Made by a program: the position numbers and the translations under genes
Notes under the pieces: model-generated
The model's input: only the letters and a program-made list of their open reading frames with translations
Told to the model about the DNA's origin: nothing
Databases searched by the model: none
Shown here: positions 42,468-55,619 of the stretch, in pieces
Numbering within the stretch: the first letter of the stretch is position 1
Layout of the letters: the number at the start of each line of letters is the position of its first letter
From: Octopus vulgaris
Lineage: Eukaryota
Length of the DNA: 64,000 bases
Direction: 5' to 3'
Assembly: GCA_951406725.2 (NCBI GenBank)
Contig: OX597828.1
Location: 63,860,001-63,924,000, forward strand

Positions 42468-43645
42468 TGGGTTGGTTCAGAACTGAGGATGGTTAGGTAC
42501 TGAGACAACATTATGATAAAGGTGGCCACCCTCACCAAGAAGCTATCTCTAAGAGGAAAGCTCTTCCTGAAAAGTCATGTCTTGGTGCCGAATGAATACG
42601 TCAGCTTGATTATAATCGCCTGACTGTTTTCATCTGGAGATCTTCTGGCTGGTTCCTGTTGAAAAGAACATGTATCCATATGCTGCCAACATACTTTGCA
42701 TGGAGTGTTCAGAATACCGTGGTAGATGATGCGCAGACATAAGCAGAAGCTACAAAATCTACAGATATCTCCAAGTGTGGTCACCCATTTAGAGGTGCCA
42801 TTTTCTACAGCCCACTCCTTTGACGGAACTGCAGTCCTGGGACAAGCTAAGACTAGGCGCCTGATATATAGAATGTGGTCAGGAAACCACAGGCCTCTTC
42901 CTGCAGGAAAGTGTGGCCAGGGAAACTCGCATACTAAAATTCTATGCAAGGGTAGTAGCGAATAAGACGAAATAATTTCTCTGGGGACTTCTGGGCATCG
43001 ACGAGAATTAAATGGCGTGTTGTAGAGAATTATCATCCCGGAGTTTATAGACAACTTCCAGCTATCCCCGACTTCCTATTTGTTACCTTGGAGAAGTGGG
43101 GGCTATTGCCTGTTAGAAATAAACTGCATAGGCACAAAAGTGTTGTGAGTCAGGTCTGTCCGAGATTAGCGGAGAAAATCGAAACCGTTATATACTGTTT
43201 TGTAGATTTTGATGAACTGCTGTTGGCGCGTATATGATGGATTCGGCTGTCGATCAAATTCGTCGTGGACATCATTTCGCTGGGAAGAGCAGGCAATTGT
43301 GTGATTGAGCGGTGGATGCAACTAAAAAAACCGATGAAGACTGACACTTTCCTCTCTATAATAATTCTTTTCAGTATTTTCAGGTGACAGAAAGATGGAA
43401 TAGGAGAGGAAGGTGCTGCTCTGTTGATACACATGGCCCGTGGGTATTAGCCAAAACGCAGATGTAGCCCATGGGATTAAAGCTGGGAAAGCATACATTG
43501 ATTGGCTGTAACCTCTTCATTATGAGATTTTATGGAACCTTATATTCTCTTTGTTGTTTATCTTATTCCAACGATACTTTTTGTAACTTGTCACGGGGAT
43601 GGTCGTTCATCCATCAGCTTTGTGGTGCGTAAAAGAAACCGACAG
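42468..43645 (+). mobile_element. Old, highly decayed relative of the Tx1-like family (ORF2 3' part and 3' UTR)
   Basis: Collinear remnants KKLSLRGK, DNFQ, LPVRNKLHRH, CPR, ETVIYCFV and TFLS. The end tgtggtgcgtaaaagaaac resembles tgtggctaataaagaaac at 34002-34019. Confidence 0.75.
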
Positions 43646-44570
43646 TGTTATTATTATTATTAGCGCCCTACCCGTCCATCCATCGCCCTAGTGGCAATAA
43701 TACAGGGACGATTATTATTATGATTATGGAATTATTATTATTATTATATTATTATTATTATTATCATGATGTTATTATTAATATTATTACCATTATTATT
43801 ATTAATTATTGTAGTTATTATTAACATCATATTAAGAATATTACGATTTTAGTATTAATATTTCCGTCAATTTTCGTTATTATCATTTCAGAAATGAAAT
43901 TATTTCATCAAAGAAGATTTTGTTTGTTTTTATTTTATTTTTTTTTCGCAGAGGAAGTTTTATTGATTATTGATTTCATTAAACATTGCAAATTGATAGA
44001 TTTCAACATTTATGTATTTATTTATTTATTTATTGAATTAACAATACCATTATTATTATTATTGTTATCATTATTATGAATATTATTACCTATTATTATT
44101 GATTATTATTATTATTAATATTATTATCATTATTATAACCAATTATTATTATAAATTATTATTGTTATTATAATCATTGTTCTCATCATCGTTTTCATTA
44201 AAAAATATTTTTCCAATGTTTTTATTTATAATTTAAGGCAGATAAAAGCAAAAGAAAAAGTTTGTGAATCCATTTTTTCTTATTTGTTGTTTGTCGTATT
44301 TATTTTTCGTCTTTTTTTTTCCATTTTTTTTGTCATATGTTCATTTGTTATCTTTTTAAAGTTTTTTTTATTTTTAAAATTTTGATTTTCTTTTAAATCG
44401 TTTTGCTCATTATATTTTATGAATTGCTTTCCGTTTAAGTTCAGGCCATTAACAAAAAAAAAAATTAGGTATTTAAAAAAATAAAACATTAAGAATGAAA
44501 TAAATAAATAAATAGATAGATAAATAGATAAAAAATTTCAATTAGAAATGAGTTCGTTAAAGGTACAGAA

Positions 44571-44758
44571 TTAACAGTGTATGCAGAAAGGGCTTCCAGG
44601 GATCGGCTCGTCTCCCCAGTTGATGGATAATGTGTGGTCTCCAGGTTCGTTCACTTTGTATTGTAGAGCGTAAGCGTTTCTACCTGAGGCTTTGTACGCG
44701 AGTTCAACTGGAGGATTGCCTTTCTCTGAGACCATTCCAACATTCAACATGCCATGAC
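44571..44758 (-). CDS. Filamin, last coding exon (second half of Ig repeat 24)
   Basis: Acceptor atttttcag|GT, phase 1. Encodes (G)HGMLNVGMVSEKGNPPVELAYKASGRNAYALQYKVNEPGDHTLSINWGDEPIPGSPFCIHC*, with the filamin signature WGDE.IPGSPF. Confidence 0.93.
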
Positions 44759-45967
44759 CTGAAAAATGGAATAGTTCATGGTTAAATAAGTCGATAATCA
44801 AATAGACCTCATAGTTAGAGAGGAAAATAGTCAGATAATTAAATTGAAAATCAGTTATATTGATACTCACATTTTAAGAGAGTGAGATAACTAGATATTC
44901 AAATAACCAGATAATTAGCTAGTTAGATAGGAAGGTAGTTAGATAGTTAAATAGTAATTTCTATAGTTAGATACTCAGTTGGTCAGATAATTGGGAAGCG
45001 AGATAGAAATTAAGACAGTCAGATAGCTAGATAGTCAATTAGATTGTCAGATAGCTAAGTAGTCAGATAGTGAAATAATTAGCTTGATTGTAAGATAACC
45101 AGTTATATAGTTTGATGACAACATAGTCAAATTGCTCGATATTAAGATAAGTCCGATAGCAAAATAGTGAGTTTGTCAGAAGGAAGATATTCAGATAGAT
45201 AGTCAGGTGGGAAGCTAGTCAAATAGATAGTCTTAGATATCAATTTGGTAAGGCACTCAGGTAAGACACCGAGCTGCTTGGGTAGCTAGATAATCAGATT
45301 ATTAGTCATATATTTAGATATTAAGATAGCAAAACAGTCGGGCAATAAGATACTAAATCTGACGAATAGATAGATATCGTTTGTGTTTATATTTTTTGTG
45401 TATGTATATATGTGTTTATCTGTATGTATGTATATTTTTGTATGTAAGAATGTGTTTTTTGTGCATATATGTGAATAGTCAGATAGTAAACTACCTGTAG
45501 TCAAAGATAGTAAAAAGATAGTCAGTCAAGGGAGTTTGTCAGACACGGCTGGTTAGTTGCATAATCAAACTAAAAATGATCAGCTGGCAAAGTAATGAAA
45601 AAATAATGAGGTAATTAGATCAGTGAGACAGGTAGCGAAGCAGTAGGCTGCGATTTGTGATATTTCGAGAGAGACATTGGCATAATGATATAGTTTTACA
45701 AATAAAGATCTTTCGGAGAAAGTCAATTAAGATTGAAGGTATTTCTTCGGCAATTTCCGCAAAAAGAATGTTTTTGCTTAAATTTTTTTCAGCCGAATCG
45801 TTTGTGCTTATATATTTTTGTGTATGTATGTATATTTTTGTATGTAGGAATGTGTTTTTGTGCATGTATGTGAATAGTCAGATAGTAAACTACCTGTAGT
45901 CAAAGAGTCAGGGAGTCAAGTAGTTAGTAGATATTAAAAACTAATCCGAAATCAAGCGATAACTCAC

Positions 45968-46159
45968 CGGCATCCTTCACGTCTAAATTAATATTGACAA
46001 CACGGTTATTGAACGCCTTCTTCAGTCCGGCGCCTTTAGCCAAGACCTTGGTTGCGTCACCACGGAGTTTCTTGGTGGTCACATGACCGATCTTCTTGTC
46101 AACGGTTTCAATAACCAGAGTACTTGTTTCAGTGAATGGACACGGTTTATGACCAGCAC
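45968..46159 (-). CDS. Filamin, penultimate exon (hinge 2 and first half of repeat 24)
   Basis: Acceptor ttgttaacag|GT, donor G|gtgagt, 192 nt, phase 1-1. Encodes GAGHKPCPFTETSTLVIETVDKK...DATKVLAKGAGLKKAF...LDVKDAG, comparable to filamin ETSSVFVDS..DASKVVAKGLGLSKAY. Confidence 0.93.
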
Positions 46160-46453
46160 CTGTTAACAACGGGGAGACGATGGAAAAATAAAGAAAAAAT
46201 GTTAGTCATATTATTATTATTATTTTTTTAGATTGGCAGATTCATTAGTGCGAGGGACAAAATACCATGCGGTATTTCTTCCGACTCTATATGTTTTCTG
46301 AGCTCAAATGCCACTGAGCTGAACTTTACCTTTCATTCTTTCGGGGTTGGTAGAATTAAATTTTAGCCCCATGATGGGGATCGACATATTCAGCTAATAC
46401 TTCCCCGCCCTGAAATTGCTGCCCTAAACCATTATTATTGTTATTATTATTAT

Positions 46454-46732
46454 TTCTTTTTTTATCACAGGTTTTGTTGGAGCTGCTGGAGTCTTGTATG
46501 CGTAGCGGACTTGCTAACTACAGCCTACGGTATCTATGCTATTTTTTTCGACTCTCTAATACTTTCCTGATTATTCTGGCCATGCCAAGGAAAGCTTTTG
46601 TAACAATTCTACTGGGCACTCTATTCCAATTTCCTTTATATTCCCCCTGATGCCTTCTGACACTGTTCCCAAGGACCCAACAATAATAGGCACTGCCTTC
46701 ACTTTCATTTTCCATAGCCGGGCTATTTCGTA

Positions 46733-46804
<72 letters not shown>

Positions 46805-47251
46805 TCGCCTTTCTTCTTGACTATTCGTATCTCAAAGGGGCACGCAACATCAACTATATAGCATATGTGGTGCACCTTGCCCACTACCATTAGGTCCAGT
46901 CTGTTATGCTCTAACACCTGATCTGTTTTGGATTGGGAAATCCCAGAGGATTTTGCTAGTCTCCGACTCTGCCACTCTCTGCGGTTTGTGCTCATATCAC
47001 GTTCTGACTCTCTCTACCCCCCACTTTTCGCACAGTTTCCTATGTAGCACTTTCGCAACCTGATCGTGTCGCCACAACTTGTAGTGGTTTGGGGCAAGTC
47101 TAGGGCATTCGTTCGTGATATGGGCAATGATTTTGTCCACTCTATTGCAGATGTGGCACAGTGGAGACACTAGCTCATTCCTAAGGTTGACCCTCCAGTT
47201 CGTGGCCAAAGCTTGGTCTTGCACTGCCAGTATAGTGATCTCGGTCTCTTT
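46454..47251 (-). mobile_element. 5'-truncated RLE-type non-LTR retrotransposon (R4/Dong-like) flanked by (TAA)n
   Basis: KETEITILAVQDQAL, CHIC...HITNEC...RHDQVA, NRLDL...IVDVACP...EK, YEIARLW...PIIVGSLG. TAA/CAA repeats lie at both ends. Confidence 0.88.
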
Positions 47252-50200
47252 ATTGTTGTTATTATTATGCCTTTATTTTCATTCATATAAGAAGATGCAC
47301 CCAAGTCTCTACGAGATGAGTCTAGGAATAACCAATTTTGCTTCTAAATATGCAAACAGTTGAGATGCCACGCAATTGAAAAACCGATGTCCGTGCGTCT
47401 CAAAAAGAAACCTTTTTAAAATTTATTATAAAACTGAATAAGATTGTAGTTACATGGAGAGGAATTTACGTAAAATATGTGAAGACCCCATGAATATTTT
47501 GAGCTGCCAGGAATTTGGTCAACCTATCTATTTGCTCTTTTTGATATTATTACAATAGGTAAAGTTGTTGCTTTGAGATGCCGCATTCTTCTCATTTCTA
47601 TCACTAAGTCCTTGAGGCGCTTCAGAAGTTGAGCAAATATAATTTGCTTAATTTCTCAAACATTTTCAGCAATATATTTTTTATCAGCTACGGCTGTAGT
47701 ATCGATTAAAAGAGATCTTTTGGGAGAGGTTAAGTAACATTAATTTACAAAGATGATCTTGGATCTATGAGATAACTTGGTGGCAATTATCCTGTGTCAG
47801 AACGATTCTATCATTTATGTATTTATAAATTCCGGACACTTTGTATATGTTTTTCCTTTCACTATCCTCACACGATTTTCTGAAAGATTCCCCCACCCCA
47901 TTTGTCATTATAATATCCCTTTTATCCGACACTCCTGTAGCAAACAAAAGAAATTTATGATTATTATTATCATTATTATCATTGTCTTTCCTTTTTTGGT
48001 TACTTTGCTTGCTGATTTAGTGCGTTTGATGTTAGGCAAGAGAAGATAAATGGATGACTTTCAACATTACAACACTTGTTCCAGTAAAAAAAAAAAGGTT
48101 TGCTTCACACGGGACATAAAAATGTAAGCATAAGAATAATGTAAATTTAAATATAAAAACACAATTCTAAGCATTGAATTTTGATTTCTAAATTTTTATG
48201 TAAGCATAGAGGTGAATGAATATAATTGCTATTGAGAAACTCAGCCGTTTGGGGTAGAATGCTGTATGCATTCTGCTTTTGCCTGTTGCACTCACCTTAA
48301 AATGTGTCAGCACGCGCTACAAAAGAGGCGCCATTGCTTTATTTCTAGAATGTTCATAAGTTCACAATAAGTTTACGCTAGCAAAACAAATACAGGATTT
48401 TGTGTTTGTGTATATCTTTTACCTTTATCTTTTTTTTTGTTTCAGCCATTGGACTGCGGCCAAGCTGGGACACCATATTGAAGGATTTTAGACGAACTTA
48501 CTTTTTATAGACTGGTAATTCTTCTATCAGTCTCTATTGTCGCACTGTTAAGCTACGGAGACGTAAATAAACCAGCACTGATTATCAAAAGTGGCGGGAT
48601 AAACGCAAACATAAATACACACACACACACACACACACGCATATATATATATGTATATATATATATATAGACATACATACACATATACTAGTATATACGA
48701 CGATCTTTCAGTTTCCGTCTACCAAATTTTTTCACAAGGCTTTAGTCTGTCCAAGGCTGTAGATGAGGACACTTGCTCAAGGTGCCATATTCTTCGGAAG
48801 CAAACTTCTTAGCACACAGCCACGTCTGCGCCGATATGTATGTGTGTGTGTCTGTGTGAGTGCGTGTGCATACCCAACCACACACACACACACAAGCAGA
48901 CATTACAGATTGGTGAACTAACGAAAGAAAATGGCATTCTACAAATCTGGTTAAAGTTGTAAGTTCGACACCGCCGCTTTATTGAAAATTTTGTGGATGC
49001 AGAAAATGCCTTCATTGTCAGATGTACAGGGCCAGGGCCTCCCCTCCCCACACCATATTATATAAGCATACAAGCAAATATGACTTGGACACATGCTCCA
49101 TGCTTTGACTAATTCGGGGCCCATGCAGTTGAGCCCCTGCACTTGGACAGCATCTCGGTTCTCACATTCTTGACCCGGAGGAATATTTGAGGATGTGACA
49201 ACTTGAAGCAAAGATGTTTGCTCCAGCACTTGGTTGGCATTTATTTTCAGCTGAGTGAACCGGAACAACGTGATATGATGTGCCTTGCTGAAGGAAACCA
49301 TGTCCCTCCCGGTGCAGGAACCGAATGCCCTACCTTATGATCGTAAAGACAACACTCTAACCGCTAGGCCATGTGCCTTCATGCCTCGGTAGAAATGACA
49401 AGTCATCATCATCATCCTCAACATCATTACTATCGCCACCACAGCCCAACGTCACACCCGCCACCACCATCTGAGTTATAATGATGAAACTTTCTTACAC
49501 AGGTGGAAGCACATGGCCCAATGGTTAGAGCAGCGGACTCGCGGTTTCGAATCTCAGACTGGGCGATGTGTTTATGAGCGAAACACCTAAGATCCACGCG
49601 GCTCCGGCAGAAGGTAATGGCGAACTTCTGCTGATTCTTTCGCCACAACTTTCTCTCACTTTTTCCTCCTGCATCTTGCAGCTCACCTGCGACGGACCGG
49701 TGTCCCATCCAGGTGGGGAACCTATACGCCACGGAAACCGGGAGACCGGCCCTTATGAGCCAGGCATGGCTCGAGAAGGAACAAAGAGGTGTACAATGCT
49801 AAAACTTTAAAACTAATAATAATTAATAATAATTTCATATTTGGGCACAAGGTGAAGGATTTAACGGGAGAGCGTATGCCGATTACATCAACCCCCCTCC
49901 CCCAGAGTTTTACTGGTACTTATTTTATCGACTTTGAAAGGATGAAAGGCAAAGTCGACCATGACGGAATTTGAACTCAGAACGTAACCGGACAAAATAC
50001 TGCTAACGATTTTGCCGAGTTGTCCCCTTAAAGAAAACCTCGGCGGAATTGGAGCAAAGAGCGTAGAGAACAAGAAATGTTTCTAAGCGTTTAGCCTGAC
50101 GCTCTAACGATTCTGACTTTCTAACGATTCCGTAATATTGCGAAATAATTAAGTAAATAGATAGCATTATTATATATTTGTAGAAATGTTTAGGCGTAGG

Positions 50201-50439
50201 CTTACTATATTCTTAAGAGCTTTGATTCGCAACCACGTGGTTTGGTTTCAATCCCATAGCGTGGTACCTTGGGCTTATGCAATCTCTATCCACAGTCTCA
50301 GGGGTGAGTTGTGATTGATTTTGGTAGATAGGAAACTGTCTAGAAACCCGAAATATTAATGCACACATACATACATGCATGCATACATACATACATGCAT
50401 ACATACATACACACATACATACATACATACATACATACA

Positions 50440-50470
<31 letters not shown>

Positions 50471-50830
50471 GTGTGTGTGTGTGTGTGTGCTTGTCTTTTA
50501 TCGCTTGAAAACTGGCACTGATTCTTATGTTCCTGTGACTTGGCGGTTCGACAAAAACGAGCTCGATGAGTTAGTACAAAGAATAGGAGGCAATTTGGAC
50601 GACTCAACATTTCAAGACGGTGCTCCAGCATGGCTGCAGTTCAGTGTTTGAAACGAGCAAAAGAGTAAGATAAATTTCTTAAATTATATATGCATGCACA
50701 CGCGCATATAACGCTTAGGTAAACCTTTATCTTTCCTCTCTCATATTAGAAATGACTTTCTCTGAAGGTCGTTTAAGAACTTCCGTGTTTACGTGCCAAG
50801 GACGTTTGACTCATGTTGTTCGCAAACAGC

Positions 50831-50875
<45 letters not shown>

Positions 50876-51769
50876 CTCCCCACGTATCGGAAAATTTTCT
50901 GTTCTCCCCATCGCCTAACACTTGTGTGCCTATATAAGTAAGAACCGGTGAGGTCGTTCTCGTTACCTGCTGCTGTTGATGCTGGCTCCGTGTTGAAGAT
51001 CTCGTCTTCTAATTATCTTCGCACTCGTTTATCTTCATTCCTATCGCAGCATTTTTGCCATGTGATATATAATAAACCCCCCACCAACATTGTTCTAGTA
51101 TGATCGTACCATGATACGATACATCTGCTTATAACTTACATGTACATCCACACACTCACTTACGCACAAACGTGTATGACCTTGTATGTATATATATTGT
51201 GTGTGTATGTATATATATATATTTTTTTTTCATACATATATATGTACATATAACTATATATACACATATGTGTGTATATATATATATACGCAGACACACA
51301 TACACGCGCATCTTTCTATTATAGATAAACTACTGCTTATTCTCCAAAGTAAAAAGCCACTAACCGAAAGCTGATAGAGATAGATAATACATATCATGTG
51401 CACGATGGGATAAAATAAACAACTACAAAACAATAAAAGCAGGAATACAAAATTACTTTGAAACAAACGAAACCCATTGATGTCACAAAGGAATGTCAGA
51501 ATAGAATGTTTTCTAAATACGAACGCATTAACACACAAATTGGTGAATAACTACAACAAAGAGGAATTAGTCGATACTATGGATCCTCGTATTTGACTGG
51601 TATTTTATTTGATCACGACAGGATTTGAACTCAGATTGTGAAGAGCCTGAAGAAATTCTACAAGGCAATCTTTTTCTGGCGTTCTCACGGTTCTGCCAAT
51701 GTACCACCGTCACAATCAAATGTTAACATCAAATGCAGACGATTCAACCTTTGCAAAAGGACAACTGAC

Positions 51770-52100
51770 CATACTGACCGTTCCTTCTAAGAGTAAATAT
51801 ATTCATAGAGAAGGTCGAGTCAACGGCTATGTCGACTGGGCAATATGGCGACAATTCAGTTTGTTAACAGATGAGAATTACAATTATATACTGAAAGATG
51901 TCCTTGACAACGCTATGTCTACAATCACCTGGGGCATGGCCGTCCAGACTGACAAGGAAATCTAAGTGAACCATTCAGACATAATTATCAAGGAATCGAC
52001 CGAAAATACATACAACTCTGATACATATTTCGATCTCTTCTGATCAAATAAACACCCGGAAGTTGGTGAAGAATCTTAGTCCAATGATGTTGATACTGAA
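51770..52100 (+). mobile_element. Decayed RLE-type non-LTR fragment
   Basis: KYIHREGRVNGYVDWAIW...VLDN...ITWGMAVQTDKEI*VNHSDIII matches the Y..RHD.V...IHW...V.EN...LWD..IQTD..I..NRPDIV pattern. Confidence 0.6.
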
Positions 52101-53066
52101 ATAATGCGTAATATATCATTATCATCAACATAACAGCAACAACAACTGGCAACCAGCGACCTAGGCGTTGAGGACATCATAGGACGATATACAGCACATA
52201 GAAAGGCGGGTGGGCGGTTGGTAGGGTACACCATTCAAAATTAAATCAACCTCAATAAAAATATAGTAAAAGATATAAAAACAGAATTTGAAAACTCAAC
52301 CGGAAATGAGCGATCTCAATAACGGGGTGGTTCAGTTAATTGGAGGGGAATATCCCTTACAAAAATGACCCGATAACTCGAAAGAACCCTCTTCCATTTT
52401 TCTCCTACTTACAATAACATACTCACAGGGGGTGGGGATCAGTCTTGCCACTCTCTTTCACCTTTCAATAAACGCACTACAAGGCATCATCTCCCTCTCT
52501 ATTCTCACCTTCTTCATGAAACACTTGTGAGAACTTGAAATGATAATAATAGTAATAATCAAAATAGTAATAATAATGATAATAATAACAACAACATCAA
52601 TAATAAATGATAAACATAAAAAACAAATGATAAAAATAGTAATAATAACAATAAATGCTATAATGCTAAAAATAAAATCGCTTCTGATAATAATTAGAAT
52701 AACAGTAATAGCAACAACAACAATAATAAAAATGATAATAATATACAATAAAAGCCACAAAAATAAAGAACTGACAATAAATAACGAAACAGCGAAATAA
52801 AGGGAAAATAGAGACAGACAGACAGACAGACGGACATGAAAGATTACCGATAATCGTTTGATTTGTATAGAATTTGTAACAAACGATGCAGCGTGTTATA
52901 TTTTAATTTATGCGCACGATTAATGCAAAGTATTAAATACATATAAACATAACACGTGTTAAAGTAACAGAACTTTATCATAACATAATTAAGATATTAT
53001 TTCATAACAAACGTAACATAACGAACAACACATAATTCGTATATAAACAATCACAGGCGTGTGTGT

Positions 53067-53124
<58 letters not shown>

Positions 53125-53475
53125 ATACATATATACATATGCGTGCATATATATGAGTATGCATATATATGTGCATATGTATATATATAAATATAGATAA
53201 ATATATATGTATATGAATATATATGTATATGCATACATTATATACATAAACATATATATACACACATACATGCTTATATATATATACAGATACACACACA
53301 CTCACTCACACATACATACACAAATACAAACATAAACACTTGAGAGGTGGCAAATAAACGTAAGAATAAAGCGTTTGCAACGGAGAATTTGGTTTTGATC
53401 ATAATTCCTGTAAAAGCAATGTTTGTCAGTTGACTACCAAAAACTCCTTAAAGCATGCTGAACAGAACAACATAA

Positions 53476-53514
<39 letters not shown>

Positions 53515-53515
<1 letters not shown>

Positions 53516-53836
53516 ATAATAGTTATCGCCATACTAATATGGCATTCTTATAAAAATAAGAATAAAGCTGTCCGCTTATTAGCTCCATGAGGCCATCGCC
53601 TTAAGTTAGCTATTTGATACACAAACTGTATCCATATAACCTTGTTCGAAGGTTATATGGATACGATTTGTGTATCAAATAGCTAACTTAAGGCGATGGC
53701 CTCATGGAGCTAATAAGCGGACAGCTTTATTCTTATTTTTATAAGAATGCCATATTAGTATGGCGATAACTATTATTTTCCGAGAACGCTGCCGTTGTTC
53801 TCTTTTAGAGAGACTTAGTAATTTTAATATTTCTAA
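53515..53836. repeat. 129-bp-arm near-perfect palindrome plus unique tail, embedded in (TA)n
   Basis: Arms are 53515-53643 and 53649-53777 with a 5-nt loop gttcg and only two mismatched positions. Confidence 0.92.
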
Positions 53837-54090
53837 TATATATATATATATACATACGTGTTATATGTTTGCATATGTACGTAGTATAACATGCTTACAA
53901 TAAACACATGACAAGGCATACATTACGTTCCGTTAAAAACCGTTCCATGTTAGACGTGTCTCCGATGTAGCGTTTGTTTCGTTGCATTTTCTTTTATTTT
54001 TGTTATTTATTTCAGTTATTAGGTGATCGATAGGGTGGGGATGAGTTTATGCCATCAACTGCATTGGTATTATTGATTTTATGGAAAGTA

Positions 54091-54310
54091 CAGGGTGGCC
54101 CCAAAATAGGTTTACAATCATTCAACTATCTCTTTAAGTTTAGATCTCAGTTATAAAAGCAAATATGAAACCCTTATTTTATGCTAATTTATTTAATTTT
54201 GTCAAGCTCCCTTTTCAGTTTGTAAGAGAAATTTAAATGCAATAAAATGTCTTACAAGAAATTTAAAGTGCCTACGTGATTACAGCAAACCTACTTTTGG
54301 GCCGCCCTCG
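54091..54310. mobile_element. Tc1/mariner-type MITE
   Basis: TA precedes cagggtggccccaaaataggttt. The far end aaacctacttttgggccgccctcg completes an imperfect TIR of about 23 bp. Confidence 0.65.
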
Positions 54311-54702
54311 ATTGATTGTATTTTTAGGTATTGCTAACCTGGTGAAAGAAATTCATATACATTTGACTATATATATAATATCTGCACATATAGACGCATA
54401 TGCAAAAGCGCATACACTCCCACACATGCAACCTTAGATTGAATCAGAACAGATACGTACACACAGATACGTACAAGCAAATATTCATCGACTTATGCGT
54501 CCAAACACACAGAATCACAGTTTTACACACACGCACCCAGATTTATCCACAAACTTATACATATATGGACGCATATATGTACTCACATGCGTTGACGGAT
54601 GCATCTACACACATTCATAAATACATACGAACACGCATATGTATGCATATATGTATTTATATATGTATATATACATATATATCCACATATATAAACAATT
54701 AC

Positions 54703-54743
<41 letters not shown>

Positions 54744-55037
54744 CGTGTATGTGTGTGTTGTGTGTATGTATACGATTGCCAACATGTACAATAACTCCAC
54801 GTGCTTTCTTTCGCCAGGTTTACGAATTTTAAATCTTTTCCATTCTAGTTTATGTCTTCTTTGCCCAATTTCTCTCAGCCTTCCTCCTTTCCCGATTCTT
54901 GAAGAATTATGTCTGAAATCTTATAGCCATTAATTTTTTCCATTCCTACCTGAGCGTCAAGCAAATGACATCGATAGTTAACTTATAACTTCTTTACTTC
55001 TTCCTTTGTTTATTTTTATATTGTTATTATAATTATT

Positions 55038-55120
<83 letters not shown>

Positions 55121-55532
55121 TTCTGATATATTTACGTTCATGCACGCCCACAGACAAACACGTACATAAACACAGACACTGTATACAGACAGAGTGAAGC
55201 TGTATGTTGATTCTGGTTAGTTATTATCTGTAAGCCTTGATATGACTTCTGCTTCCTGTTAAGGTTAGTACGACAGTTCAGTGACGCCACCTCTCGGCAA
55301 TGTCTTACTTTTAAAGATTCTGTGGGATGTTGAAGGAATATGTTGTTATAATTAGTGTCGGTTGACTACATTGGGTGACATGGACAGAAAAATTAATAGC
55401 TGGGTACAAAGAGTATAATTAGATAGGTAGAAAGATAGATAGATGATCACAAAGATCGATCGATCAATAGCTGGATAGGGAGAGTAATTGAAAAATGAGA
55501 GCGTAACGAGAAAAAGTGAAAGTGTGATAGGC

Positions 55533-55619
<87 letters not shown>

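Noticed and set aside
45485-45505. ctacag|gtag recursive-splice-like motif (twice) in the last filamin intron
   Set aside because: The intron is only 1.2 kb, the donor is weak, and the repetition is explained by a local duplication.
48296-48316. 21-nt candidate exon cttttgtag|CGCGTGCTGACACATTTTAAG|gtgagt
   Set aside because: The splice sites are good, but it has a stop in phase 1 and no homology to the cassette units. It could only be a poison exon, which is unsupported.
52420-52540. Two GTGAG donors and an AAG acceptor on the minus strand
   Set aside because: The lengths are not frame-preserving or contain stops, and the acceptor is weak.
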